From NCBI GenBank assembly GCA_951406725.2, contig OX597842.1:17050001-17114000 (forward strand): a DNA stretch of 64,000 bases, read 5' to 3'. The notes beneath the pieces are model-generated. The model saw only the letters and a program-made list of their open reading frames with translations, was not told where the DNA came from and ran no database searches. Positions 41,476 to 53,555 of this stretch are shown piece by piece (position 1 is the stretch's first letter; every line of letters starts with the position of its first letter). Both the position numbers and the translations under genes were made by a program. Source of the DNA: Octopus vulgaris (Eukaryota).

Positions 41476-42284
41476 GTAATAATAATATTAGTAATAATAA
41501 TAATAGTAATAATAATATTAGTAATAATAATAATAGTAATAATGATTAATATAATAATAATTATAATAATAATAATAATATTGATAATAATAATAATAAT
41601 AATAAAATAAAAATAATAATAATAGTAATAATAAAAATAAAACTAATGATAATAATAGTAATAATAATAATAATAGTAATAATAATAATAATAGTATTAA
41701 TAATAACAATAATAGTAATAATAATAATGATAATAATAATAATAATATCGATTATTCTGCTCAATACCACAGATTTGCTTGTCAGTTGTTTGACCGTAAC
41801 CAATTGAGCATGTCCCTTAGTGGCTGACGATATGTGCATTTCTGATCACGAGCAGAAGTAGTGGGGAAGCATCATAGCCATGTGTTGAGAGGGATTCTTT
41901 GGGGTTTGAATAGTTCACCTCTGGAAACATGGGTGGTTCTTTCAACATCCTTAAACAACCCTTATTCAGGGACCGTTTGAGCGGGATGGGCTACGCAACC
42001 TGAAGAAAATTCTAACTGGGCCCCACCTGCAAGGTTATGTGCTGTTTATCTTGATATGAGATCACCATGTCGCGCACATATGGTTGTGATGCATGTGCCT
42101 GGTGTAACTTTATCAGACGGGTAGTCATGATGGGTATATTGGGCTTCGTATATTTTACCCCAGTGTCACTTTGATGGCATGAACTGCTCTCTCACTCAAT
42201 AATAATAATATTAATATTAATAATAATAATAATAATATTAATAATAATAATAATATTAATAATAATAATAATATTAATAATAAT

Positions 42285-42340
<56 letters not shown>

Positions 42341-43231
42341 TAATAATAATAATAATATAAATAATAATAACAATAATGATAATAATATTATTTCAATCCT
42401 AATCAAGGCTTTATTTCATAAAAAGTTTTACTCCTTTCTTGTACTCGATGACCACACCACTTTCGATGGCATTGAGTATAAATTATCTAGTGCATAATTA
42501 AAAATTTAAAGCTATCGATATATTGCCAAGTTAAAATAAAATCATTTCGCTCACCATGCATCCAAACGCATTAGACTTCTTTCAAGCGGTTTATTTACTA
42601 AGATCGATGGATAGAAACAGTTGCTGTTGAAAACATAACAAAACTACGGCTAAAACTGATAATTTACTTACCTTCTGAAGAGCAAAGCATTCTGGAGAGA
42701 AAGAGAAACGAATATAAGACCTGGAATTTAAGAACTTATTTAACGAAAAGTGAAATTACCTGGTGACGACTTCTGGAGTAACAGAGAAAAAAAGTTCAAG
42801 TTGGCCAGCGATTTTATAAGAGTGGAAGAACTCGGGAGGGATTGCTTTAAAGACATTGTCTTTACGAAATCAATGCAAAAAGAAATCAACTGTGAAATAT
42901 CCTGAATTTATTCTTAAATTATCAGAACGGAGGGAATAGGAATAAATAAAAGAAAGCTTGTTATATATATATATTTAGGGGTAGGTGGTTTGTGTGTTAC
43001 TTCCTAATGACATGTATCCGGGTTAAGCCCCACGGCGTGTCACCTTGCGGAAGGGCCTCTTCTGCAGCCTCGGGTTGGTCAAAGCCCCAAAACCTGAAAG
43101 TGGATTTTGAACTAGAAGGACCCGCGTCCACCTATCTAACTATCTGTCTATCTATCTATCTACCTGTATGTATGTATATATGTATATACATGTATACACA
43201 CATAGATATCTGTATATACATATATGTATAT

Positions 43232-43278
<47 letters not shown>

Positions 43279-43667
43279 CACATACATATATATAAATATA
43301 TATATATGTATATCATATGTATGTATACATATGTATGTATACAAATATATATATATATACATATATATACTTATATGTATATATATAGATATATATATAC
43401 TTATATGTATATATAGTTATAGATATATGTATGTATATATATATATATGTATATGCATATACATATATATGCATATACATATATATGTATATATGTGTGT
43501 ATATGTATATATGAATATGTATATATACAAGTATATATATATATATATATATCTATAAAGATGTATACATTGATGTATATATATATATATGTATATATAT
43601 ATGTGTGTATGCATATATAAATTATTTTTTTTAATGTTATTATTATTATTATTACTATTATTATAGA

Positions 43668-43752
<85 letters not shown>

Positions 43753-43814
43753 TTACTAATAATAATAGTAATAATAATAATAGTAATAATAATTAATATA
43801 ATAATAATAATAAT

Positions 43815-44010
43815 ATAACAAAAACACCAGGACTTACAAACACATATAACATACAGACAATTGCACTACTAGGCACTGCACACATCCTACGCAGAACACT
43901 TTCCATACAATAACCATCAGAGCATCACAACAAATCACAGCACATACCCAAGGCACACAGAGCTGCGCTCGGTAGTGAAGTGAAAGCACGCTATAAAAAT
44001 AAAACTACTG
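43815..44010 (+). mobile_element. Extreme 3' end of a second R4/Dong-type LINE in (AAT)n
   Basis: Translates [29 protein letters not shown], homologous to the C-terminus of 6775..8688; followed by (AAT)n. Confidence 0.85.
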
Positions 44011-45339
44011 AATAATAATAATAATATTGATAATAATAATAATAGAATTAATAACAATAATAATAATAATTATAATAATAATAATAATAGTAATAATAAT
44101 AATAATATTATTTCAATCCTAATCAAGGCTTTATTTCATAAAAAGTTTTACTCCTTTCTTCTCCTCGATGACCACACCACTTTCGATTGCATTGAGTATA
44201 ATTTATCTAGTGCATAATGAAAAATTTAAAGCTATCGATATATTGCCAAGTTAAAATAAAATCGTTTCACTCACCATGCATCCAAATGCAGTCGACTTCT
44301 TTCAAGCGTATATTTGCTAAGATCGATGGATAGAAATAGTTGCTGTTGATAACCTAACAAAGCTACGGCTAAAACAGATAATTTACTTACCTTCTGAAGA
44401 GCAAAGCATTCTGGAGAGAATGAGAAACGAATATAAGACCTGGAATTTAAGAACTTATTTAACGAAAAGTGAAATTACCTGGCGACGACTTCTGGAGTAG
44501 GAGAAAAAAAAGTTCAAGTTCGCCATCAATTTTTACAAGGGTGGAAGAACTCGGGAGAGATTGTTTTAAAGACATTGCCTTTTCGAAGCCAATGCAAAAA
44601 GAAATAAACTGTGAAATATCCTGAATTTATTCTTAAATTATCAGAACGAAGAGAATAGGAATAAATAAAAGAAAGCTTGTTTATCGAGACTAAGAAAAGG
44701 GAACATTAAAAGGAAGAAGATTATTGTTTGCAGTGAGACACCTCTTGTTGGTCGATTTTGCAACTAAAATTAAAGTTTACTTAACGAACTCTGTAATAGT
44801 CATGAATCTTAAAGGTAAGTGAATTAATAATATTAAGAATGAAATGAGAGATAATTACTGAAATTGTTTTTATTATTCTATGATATAAAATACTGTAGCT
44901 GACTTGTGCTTTTATTACATTCGGTTTACCATTTTCATTTTCCACTTCCGATGAGAATGGAAAGGACGGAGATAGATTTGTAGAAATCATGGATCGACTG
45001 GTCAACTATCCTATCTAAACTTGAAACTCAACGTTCTGATTTCGAATTTTGCTGTGATTTAGGATTTAATCTAGATAGACAGATTTAAAATAAAGAAATA
45101 CATATGAAAATAGGGTAATAAATCTTCGGATAGTGATTAGCGAGTTGTTGAATATTAAAATAAATAACACTGGGCAAATATTTTCTTGTCTGGGGCCTGG
45201 AATATTTCAATGAATTCCAAGTGATTTTGCCTGCTAAATTCAAAACGCACTCCAGTTTTTCTTTAACAGGTCTGGTTTTCTGACTAGACCTGATAGAGCA
45301 AGTATTTTATTCATACAAGAAGCATATAATATGAATCAA

Positions 45340-45630
45340 TAAAGAGAGATTATTACTAAAATTGTTTTTATAATTCTATAATATAAAATACTGTAGCTGA
45401 CTTGTGCTTTCGTTACATTCGGTTTACAGTTATTATTTCTCACTTCCAAAAAGAATGGAAAGGACAGGGGTAGATTTGTAGAAATCATGAATCGACTGAT
45501 AAACTATCTTTAGTATTCAGCCATGAAACTTTAAATTTTGACTTCGAATCCCGCTGGGGTTTAGGATTTAATTTGGATAGATTTCAAATAAATGAATTGA
45601 AATATAAATAGGGTAATGATTCCTAGGTCA
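45340..45630 (+). repeat. Older, diverged copy of the last ~300 bp of the tandem core
   Basis: aaaatactgtagctgacttgtgcttt...agatttgtagaaatcatgaatcgactgat aligns with 44845-45130. Confidence 0.8.
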
Positions 45631-45706
45631 ATAATTACGGTGCTGCTGATTACCAAATATAACTTTAGGTATTTCATTTAATAAAAATAATTATTAAACA
45701 ATTATA

Positions 45707-45743
45707 GGCGTAGGAGTTGCTGTGTGGTAAGTAGCTTGCTAAC
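45707..45743 (+). mobile_element. 5' head (A box) of the interrupted tRNA-derived SINE
   Basis: GGCGTAGGAGTTGCTGTGTGGTAAGTAGCTTGCTAAC. Confidence 0.88.
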
Positions 45744-47993
45744 GCACATGCGCAGTTAGTCAGTTGCTTCCTGTTCAGCCAGAGTGGACGCGAGTCAACC
45801 AGCCCCGTCCAATTAAAGAAAAAAGACCAAAAACGGAAAGTTGTCGAGGTAAGTGATTTTGTTTATTGTGAGTTGGGCATAATTTATTGCGTGCCAATTA
45901 TTATTTCAGTAAGTTGTGTCCAACTCTGAGACAATCTCGCCTGCTCTCGGCGGCTGCCGTTTTTGTGTTCATTGAAAAAAAAAGAAAAAACAGTGGAGGG
46001 GCGTATCCTCGAAATTCAATACAGTTACTGTTAAAATTACCGTTGGCGGTAGCCAGTGCTGTGTTTGGGTTTGTTGAATTTATTCCCTTGTCAGAGTACT
46101 TCGCAAGAAAATTATAAAAATAAGCCACTATTGGATTACCTTTCGGACCCATTTTTGTGGAGGTTGTGTTGCAGTTGCGGCGTTCCAGGTTCAACCCAGG
46201 CCGGGAGTACCGCAAGGCCAGAATATTTTTGCTGTGTTTTTTCTGTTTATTAACTTTCTTTTGAACTTCATTTAACCCCCCTTTTGTTTTTTTTCCTTAT
46301 TGCGACTTTCCGTTGATTTCTTCCCTTCTGTTGTGCTTTCTCCCTTTTGTTTTTTTCAAAAATCTATCAAATTTTATTTGGACTTTTGAACTTTTTTCTT
46401 CCTGCTTTTTGAGTTTAATTTGAATATATTTAAAAAAAACATGGCAATGAAAAATAACAAAATTTTGGAGTGGGAAATCATACCACCTAAAAAGTGGTTA
46501 AAAGACCGTGAAGATAGGACGGTGGTGTTGAGAACCTACTCCAAGGCACTCGACACCATCGCCCTATTCGAAAAGACGGCAATTGAGGAGGAGTTGGAAG
46601 AGTATTTGCCAACAATTAAATTCATTTCCAGGGGTGTCAAATATGCAACGGTGTGGTTGCTATTTGACACCCCTGAAGAGGCTTGCAAATTTGCTAGCAA
46701 ACCCCTGGAGGGTAAGGAAATCTTATTCCTGCCCACGTACAAAAAAAGAAATTGATGAAAGCTTGGATTTGCGGACTGCCACCCGACATAGAACCCGAGT
46801 GGATAGAGGAGACTATCCGCCGGGGTCTGGGTGACAGCGAAACTAAGCTCCTCAATGTAAAAGTTCTTCCTGCGGCTGCTTGGGTTGGGTCAAAAGCAAT
46901 TTTGACCCTGTGGACCCAATCAGCCAATCTGGTTCTTCCAGATTTTTTGAAAATGGCCGGGTGCAGGTACCCGGTGATGCTTGAGGGTCGCCCCCCTAAG
47001 TGTCATCGGTGCTTGGAGTCCGGCCACATAAAGAAGAACTGTCCTCGGGGACAAAATAGGATCCCGGAACAGTTAAGTAAAACCCCTCTAGAAGAGGGAA
47101 CGATAACGGCCGAGAAAGCAGAGGACTCCTCAAACAGAGGCCGAAAGAGGAAGGTGAGCAACAATGGGTGCTCACCAAAGGATAATAGGGATGAGGAGAG
47201 GAAGGCGAATCTTCCAGCCACGGAGGAGACGCACCCTCCCTCAGTTGAAAAGGGGAAAAAAAGAGAAAGAGGAAGAAAAACGGGACGTTACCGGCTGTCA
47301 GTGTAGCACCGGAATGTCCAGGAACTACGTCGGTTGGGGTTGTGCCACCGACAAGAGAAGGAATACCGTTGGCGGGAACTGTGCCGCCAACGAAAGAACT
47401 GAACGTATTGGTCCTCTTCTATAGAGGAGGAGAAATTGAAAAAGTGATGGAAGAGCACTACAAGGGAGCACCTTTAGCCTTCACACAGGACCCCGAATGG
47501 CCTCCGCAGGTAGCTGTGGAGGCCGTGGCGTTCGACGTCACGCTTGGGCTAAAGGAGCTCAATGAAGATTATAACTTGGTCCCGGGCGACGCGAACTCGG
47601 AACTTGATTACGTTCTGAGGGAGGCGTGGTTGATGGTGGAGGGCGCGGGCACAAGCTATTTCGAGGACGATATGTAATTATTGAACTGTTATTATTAGTA
47701 ATGGACTCAAGTCCAAAAATTGAAAAATTGTAAGAGGATTAATACCTCATTTTGTATTAATAATGGACTGCTAAGTCCAAAAATTGGAAAAATTGTAAGA
47801 GGTTTAATACCTCGTTTTGTGTTTATCTTTAAAAAGAACAATGTTTTAGAGAAGCGAAAGTCGGCGGGCGCTTTTTATCTTCTCCCATCCTTATCATCTT
47901 TCTTTCATTATCATTCACCTCATTAATGTCCTCGTCCAGCCCGCAAAGCTAACTTAATCTGTGTACTGCCTTTATGGCAAATGTTTTGAAATA
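45744..47993 (+). mobile_element. ORF1-only non-autonomous retroelement (HAL1/Tx1-like), copy B, inserted in a SINE head
   Basis: 15-bp TSD with 1 mismatch (45729-45743 / 47994-48008); single gag-like ORF; 3' end TGAAATAAA identical to copy A. Confidence 0.85.
46441..47677 (+). pseudogene. ORF1/gag-like protein (~410 aa) with CCHC zinc knuckle, frameshifted
   Basis: ORFs 46420..46755, 46752..47306 and 47342..47677 are colinear with copy A; EGRPPKCHRCLESGHIKKNCP. Confidence 0.82.
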
Positions 47994-48151
47994 AAGTAGC
48001 TTGCTTACCAACCTCATGGTTCCGGGTTCAATCCCACTGCGTGACACCTTGGGCAAGTGTCTTCTGCTATACCTCGGGCCAACTATAGCCTTGTGAGTGG
48101 ATTTGGTAGACGGAAACTGAAAGAATCCCTTCGTGTATATGTATATATATA

Positions 48152-48207
<56 letters not shown>

Positions 48208-48430
48208 TGTGTGTGTATTGTGTGTCTATGTTTGTCCTCCCAACATCGCTTGACAACCGATGCTGGTGTGTTTACATCTCCGAAACATAGTGGTTCGGCA
48301 AAAGAGACCGATAGAACAAGTACTAGGCTTACAAAGAATTAGTCCTGGGTCGATTTGCTCGGGTAAAGCCGGTGCTCCAGCATGGCCGCAGTCAAATGAC
48401 TGAAACAAATAAAAGAGTAAAAGAGTAAAA
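47994..48430 (+). mobile_element. Remainder of the interrupted SINE (B box, body, (TG)n, 3' tail)
   Basis: catggttccgggttcaatcccactgcgtg...ggatttggtagacggaaactgaaag; tail aaagagtaaaagagtaaaag. Confidence 0.9.
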
Positions 48431-48718
48431 GAAAGACTTTTCTGATTTCTCTCAGAAAGGTCTCAAGCGACTTAGTCTGTTCATTTCATCTTAAATCTCC
48501 AAACGGATGTTTCTCTTGCTTTCACTTTCACTTTGTACATATATATATATATATATATAACTGTATATATGTATATATGTATATAACTATATATATACAT
48601 ATATGTATATAAATGTATATAAATGTATATATATGTATATAAATGTATATAAATGTGTATATATAGAGATTCACGTATATAGATGTATATATATATATAT
48701 ATATGTGGGTGGGTGTAT

Positions 48719-48780
<62 letters not shown>

Positions 48781-48785
<5 letters not shown>

Positions 48786-49110
48786 GAAATGAAGAAAATG
48801 CTGACAAAATAATTTAAGTAAGGGAGAGTGTATTTAATTAGGCGAAAGTTCTTTTTACCGGTTGCGCATTTGTTATGCTTATCAAAAGATATTTTTTTAA
48901 GAGAGATAGAATTCCTTTCTGATAGAATTTTTTTTCTCTTATCTCCAGATAAGACAAAAAAATCTATCAGAAAGGAACTCTATCTCTCTTAAAAATATAT
49001 ATTTTGATAAGCATAACAAATGCGCAACCAGTAAAAAGAACTTTCACCTAATTAAATACACTCTCCCTCACTTAAATTATTTTGTCAGCATTTTCTACAT
49101 TTCCTTTTTT
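48781..49110. repeat. ~330-bp near-perfect palindrome (fold-back) within a (TA)n context
   Basis: Arms of ~165 bp, centre tcttatct-cc-agataaga at ~48945. Confidence 0.95.
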
Positions 49111-49148
49111 TATATATCACAACTCGTGTTCCACATCTCCTTTTATAA

Positions 49149-49186
<38 letters not shown>

Positions 49187-49201
49187 GTATATTTTTCAGG
49201 A

Positions 49202-49532
49202 ATGGAAACAACAATTCAGTACCATTCGATTCCTCTTCTGCTGCCAGCTTTGACACTTTTGCTTTTCGTGACTCTTGTAACTGCCGGAGAACCAACGTAT
49301 AGAGAAGGTCTCTTCAAAAAAACCACAACATCAAAATGCTTAATTGATCAGAATAAAACTACAAAAACCGCGTCATCTCGTTTAGAATGTGCAAGTCTGT
49401 GTATTTCCCGCGATGAGTGCCAATATTTTAGCTATTGTAATGGCCCGTGTTATATGCATCGATCGCTTTACAACGAAGAAATTAAAGATCAGGATTGAAC
49501 ATGTTTATCGTATATTTTACTCTCCGGAAACA
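49202..49532 (+). CDS. Exon 1: signal peptide and PAN/apple domain; TGA at 49496-49498
   Basis: tatttttcag acceptor; METTIQYHSIPLLLPALTLLLFVTLVTA; SSRLECASLCISRDECQYFSYCNGPC; continues *TCLSYILLSGN to donor gtatgt at 49533. Confidence 0.82.
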
Positions 49533-49615
49533 GTATGTAAATCACAATTTTCTGACATATTTTTTCCAATTACTGTATATTTTCATCATTATCCCAATTG
49601 TTCTACAAACGCACG

Positions 49616-49687
<72 letters not shown>

Positions 49688-49959
49688 TCTATGTATGTAT
49701 GTATGTATGTATGTATATTATTATTCAGTTTATTTCAGGATTTCTAGCCAATAGAGAACGAACCGGTTTCTAACCTAAATCCAGGCTCCTTCACTGGAAT
49801 TGTAACATCAACAACAGGGTATTTTTGTTTATAAGTTTTTATGTATGTTATGTATGTATGTATCTATGCGCAGATTTGTATGTTTTATCTATGTATGCTC
49901 GCAAAGAAACGAACAAAGGACAACAATCCATGAACACTAACAAACTGTCCCATCCGTGA

Positions 49960-50075
49960 CATAGATTTATTGCAACGGGTAAATTTGTGTATAGAATACA
50001 ATGTTACAAATGCAACAAGTGGGTAGCACAACAAAACCGTTACACGTCCGCATCAAAGAGCATCTAAACACGATA
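49960..50075 (+). mobile_element. Penelope-like GIY-YIG endonuclease relic
   Basis: VYRIQCYKCNK / (frameshift) VGSTTKPLHVRIKEHL. Confidence 0.65.
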
Positions 50076-50269
50076 GCCTCTTCCTTCAGAAAAGATGCCG
50101 GAACACGGACAAAAGCATAACAGTCACACTTGAGCCAGTGAAAGAAATGTGGGTAATTTAAGAATTAAGGAATCTATACTCATACGTAGACTCATACACT
50201 ACTTATTATTTTAGGAAAGATCTTTGATCAAATACCCTTTAATGGTCTCCACATCATCACAGAAAGAAT

Positions 50270-51005
50270 CCTTCCAGAATCCCAGTGCGTTTTCCGAGCA
50301 TTACTTGGAACCATAGACACGATCTGCGCCAGACAATTCCAAAGCAAGTATCGAGGACAAGAAAACCTTATTTTCCTTATCTTTTATGATCTGCAAAAGG
50401 TTTTTGATAGAGTACCAAGACCAGCCATATGGATGGCCCTTGATCAATTCCTTCTCCCTGATCATGCAATGGTATGATTGGACGTTTCCTTCCTCGTGAC
50501 GGACTCTCAAAAGTATTCCCAATTACATCTGGATTGAAACAAGTTTGCGTACCCGCTACTATGCTTTTCTCCCTATACCTTGCTGCAACGATCTATGAAC
50601 TTGCCTCGGATCAGCTGGGAAAGGACATCAGATATCGTTTTGATGAAAGACTCTTCAGCTTGGTGAGGTTTCGGTCAAAGAATCTTACCAGTACCAAGCG
50701 AATCTCAGAACTTCACTTCGTCGATGGCAACGTGGTCACTCGGTCACTCAAGCTTAGAACTGCAACAATCTGTCAGTTATTTCACCATTGCGTATCAACG
50801 TTTTCAGCTCACTGTAAATTCTAAGAAATCTCAGTTCTTCGCCTAATCAATCCCGAATTCTGCCCTTCTGCACTTTAACATCATAATTTCGGGCACACCA
50901 CTGCAGCGAGTTAATCACTTTGCATGCCTTAGAAGTGTGCTTTCCACCAAACACAATCCTGAGCGAGATGTGGAACGAGGAATCGGACCGGTTCACTCAG
51001 CTTTC
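50270..51005 (+). mobile_element. Decayed RTE-clade LINE RT fragment
   Basis: FPITSGLKQVCVPATMLFSLY (GVKQGCVLAPTLF-like), IRYRFDERLFSL, ISELHFVD. Confidence 0.75.
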
Positions 51006-51501
51006 TTTGAAATAAATAAATGTCTTTCCTGAAAATTCCTGGAAACTTCTGGTGTCACAAAAAGTTTACACAGATATGACCGTCATCAGTTGAGGCTGGA
51101 GCGTCTGCTAAATTAAATGCGCCTAAGCGTAAGCGGCCCTTATCAATGGGAGAAATCAAGTCGTAAATAGATGATTTAAACAGCGATGAAGAAGTGCTTT
51201 TCTGATTTTCTTTCAGCATCAATTTAAGCAGATGAGGTTGAAAATGATGTTTTAGATAATACAGAAAAAAATAATGCTACAACTAGTTCTGGATGGAAAA
51301 AGTGCACCGATTCTCCTCCATTTGTTTAAGACCGACAATTACTTTAGTTTTTGTGCTTAATTTAATGAAAATAAATATAAAAATTAGCTTTATGAAAAAG
51401 AGATTTTCCGATTATTGTCCGTTTGTCACATACATTTATGTAACACTTTCACGCCGTTTAAGGGTTAACATCTTGTTTGTATACTTACATTGCTGATTCA
51501 G

Positions 51502-51593
51502 GTACAAGCTGGCAGAAAGTATTTGAGATGACCGTAAACTCATTTAAGAAAAGCCCTATTTATTTGTACTGGGAAGACATGCCTATTGAAAAG
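51502..51593 (+). CDS. Exon 2 of the PAN-domain gene
   Basis: gattcag/.../gtaatg, phase 1 to 0; STSWQKVFEMTVNSFKKSPIYLYWEDMPIEK. Confidence 0.75.
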
Positions 51594-51799
51594 GTAATGA
51601 ATTTTTAGAATTTCGAGAATATTCTCATTCAATAACCAATCTACATATTTGTTGCTGTTTTACAATAATTCCTAGTGTTTTCTTTTAAATGTTTAATTTC
51701 AGTTTTTGATGTTTTTTTCATTTTTAAAATCTATCTTTTTTTGTTAGCAAGTTTCTTTGGCACGGTTTCACGACAGAACTAGATCCAGATTAATTTTCC

Positions 51800-52770
51800 T
51801 TCTAAATTCCAATGGAATATTGTGCAGCGTTTTCATTTTGTGGCAAGAGTGTTGCTATAAAATATACACGACGCATAGAAACCTATTCATCTCGTATTTA
51901 TTCCTCCTTTTTTTTCTGTTTCACTAGCGACACTTGGGGACTAAGGTCCGGCCTTTTATTTAGATTTTCATCATTTTCGCCGGGTATATCTGATTAAGGA
52001 CACTGATCTTTGCTTTAATAAGGGTTTTGGAATTCAGCTTTGACTGCAATGATTTTCTAACTCTCCTTGTGTACTCCAAATGGGTCGTTTGTTTCATTCA
52101 TTTTTTATTTCGTCTGCTTTCAGTATTCCCAACTACTTTTACCACCGTCCTTTCTCAACTGCTCCCATTGTTTGCCCATTTAGCATTTCAATTCCCTGGC
52201 TTCTTTCAAATATTCCTCGTTTTATTTTCAATATAGCGCACTTTTCTATCCCAAATTCCATACCAACGTCATTTGAGAAAATGCGGATAATATTTACAAG
52301 ATTTTCAAACTGTTTCTCATTTTTCGCATAAACTTTTGTATGGTCCATGAAAAGGAGATGATTTATCTGACCATTTCCTTTAACCAAATCGCAAGCAATT
52401 TTCACTTTTCATGGCCAATTCGAATAGTAGCGGAGATAAGCTATCACCTTGAAATATTCCACGTCTGATGTTCACTTTTCCGGGTTTTTGTTTTTCTCCG
52501 ATCATTTCAGTATTCCAATGTTCCATACTTTCATTTAGCATTTTCTCCATGCTTTTGTTTTTTTGATATTTCAAACCTGCTCCTTGTTTTACTTATCTAA
52601 CTGTGTGGTACCATGTCATACGCTTTTTTCTAATCTAACCATGCTACATTCACTCCTGCCAATCATCTACCTCTGCAATTTCTAATTATCATTTTATCAT
52701 CTAATAGGTGATCTTTTGTTGCCCTACTTTGGTTCCTGCATCCTTTCTGTTCTTTTGGTAATAGATTGTT
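51800..52770 (-). mobile_element. Decayed R4/Dong-type RT fragment
   Basis: RRGIFQGDSLSPLLF, INHLLFMD, DVGMEFGIEKCA. Confidence 0.8.
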
Positions 52771-52896
52771 ACTTACCTGATGTTTGCAAGTTCCCTTTCA
52801 AGGGGTCCTTGACGCATTAGCAGCGTTCGTTCGCTTGTCATCCATGCAGGGGCGCGACCTTGCTGCAGGCAGTCGTCCTGTTGCACAGCGATCCTC

Positions 52897-53242
52897 TCTT
52901 CTTCTTCTTCTTCTTCTTCTTCTTCTTCTTCTTCTTCTTCTTCCAATTCTTCTTCTTTTTCCTCTACTTCTTCTTCTTCCAATTCTGTTTCTTCTTCCAA
53001 TTCTTCTTCTCCTTCGTCTTCTTCCAATTTTCCTTCTTTTTCTTCTACCTCGTCTTCTTCTTCTTCGTCTTCTTCTTCTTCTTCTTCTTCTTCTTCTTCT
53101 TCTTCTTCTTCTTCTTCTTCTTCTTCTTCTTCATTCTTCTTCTTCTTCTTCTTCTTCTACTACTACTCCTTCTTCTTCCAATTCTGCTTCTTCTTCTTCT
53201 TCTTCCAATTCTTCTTCTTCTTCTTGTTCTTCTTCTTCTTCT

Positions 53243-53273
<31 letters not shown>

Positions 53274-53372
53274 TTATTCTTCTCGTTATTATTATTATTA
53301 TTATAGTTGTTGTTTTTGTTGTTGTTTTTGTTGTTGTTGTTGTTGTTATTGTTATTATTATTATTATTATCA

Positions 53373-53425
<53 letters not shown>
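52897..53425. repeat. Compound microsatellite (TTC)n-(GTT)n-(ATT)n
   Basis: Direct inspection; source of the poly-E/F/L/S ORFs. Confidence 0.97.
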
Positions 53426-53484
53426 AAAGAATCAGAATAATTAGAGCGTAGAACACAATGTTCGTGGTATTTAATTCCGGATCT

Positions 53485-53555
53485 TTATTTTCCGAGTTCA
53501 ATTTCCGCCGAAGTCGACTTTGCCTTTCATCCTTCAAGGAACGATAACATAATGT
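53485..53555 (+). mobile_element. SINE fragment with a Nin/Deu-like central motif
   Basis: gagttcaatttccgccgaagtcgactttgcctttcatcc; homologs at 55185-55330 (-) and 62453-62760 (+). Confidence 0.7.

Noticed and set aside
45707-45743. tRNA gene calls for A/B-box-containing heads (also 20122 and 63702)
   Set aside because: They continue into SINE bodies and cannot form a cloverleaf.
46441-47677. LTR-retrotransposon gag or a host retrogene as the explanation of the zinc-knuckle ORF
   Set aside because: No LTRs, PBS or PPT, and the TSDs are 15-18 bp rather than 4-6 bp. Two divergent copies at one target site fit an L1/Tx1-type element better than random retrocopies, though a retrogene origin is not formally excluded.
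52773-53451. Poly-Glu/Ser/Leu/Phe ORFs
   Set aside because: Translations of the (TTC)n/(GTT)n/(ATT)n compound microsatellite.
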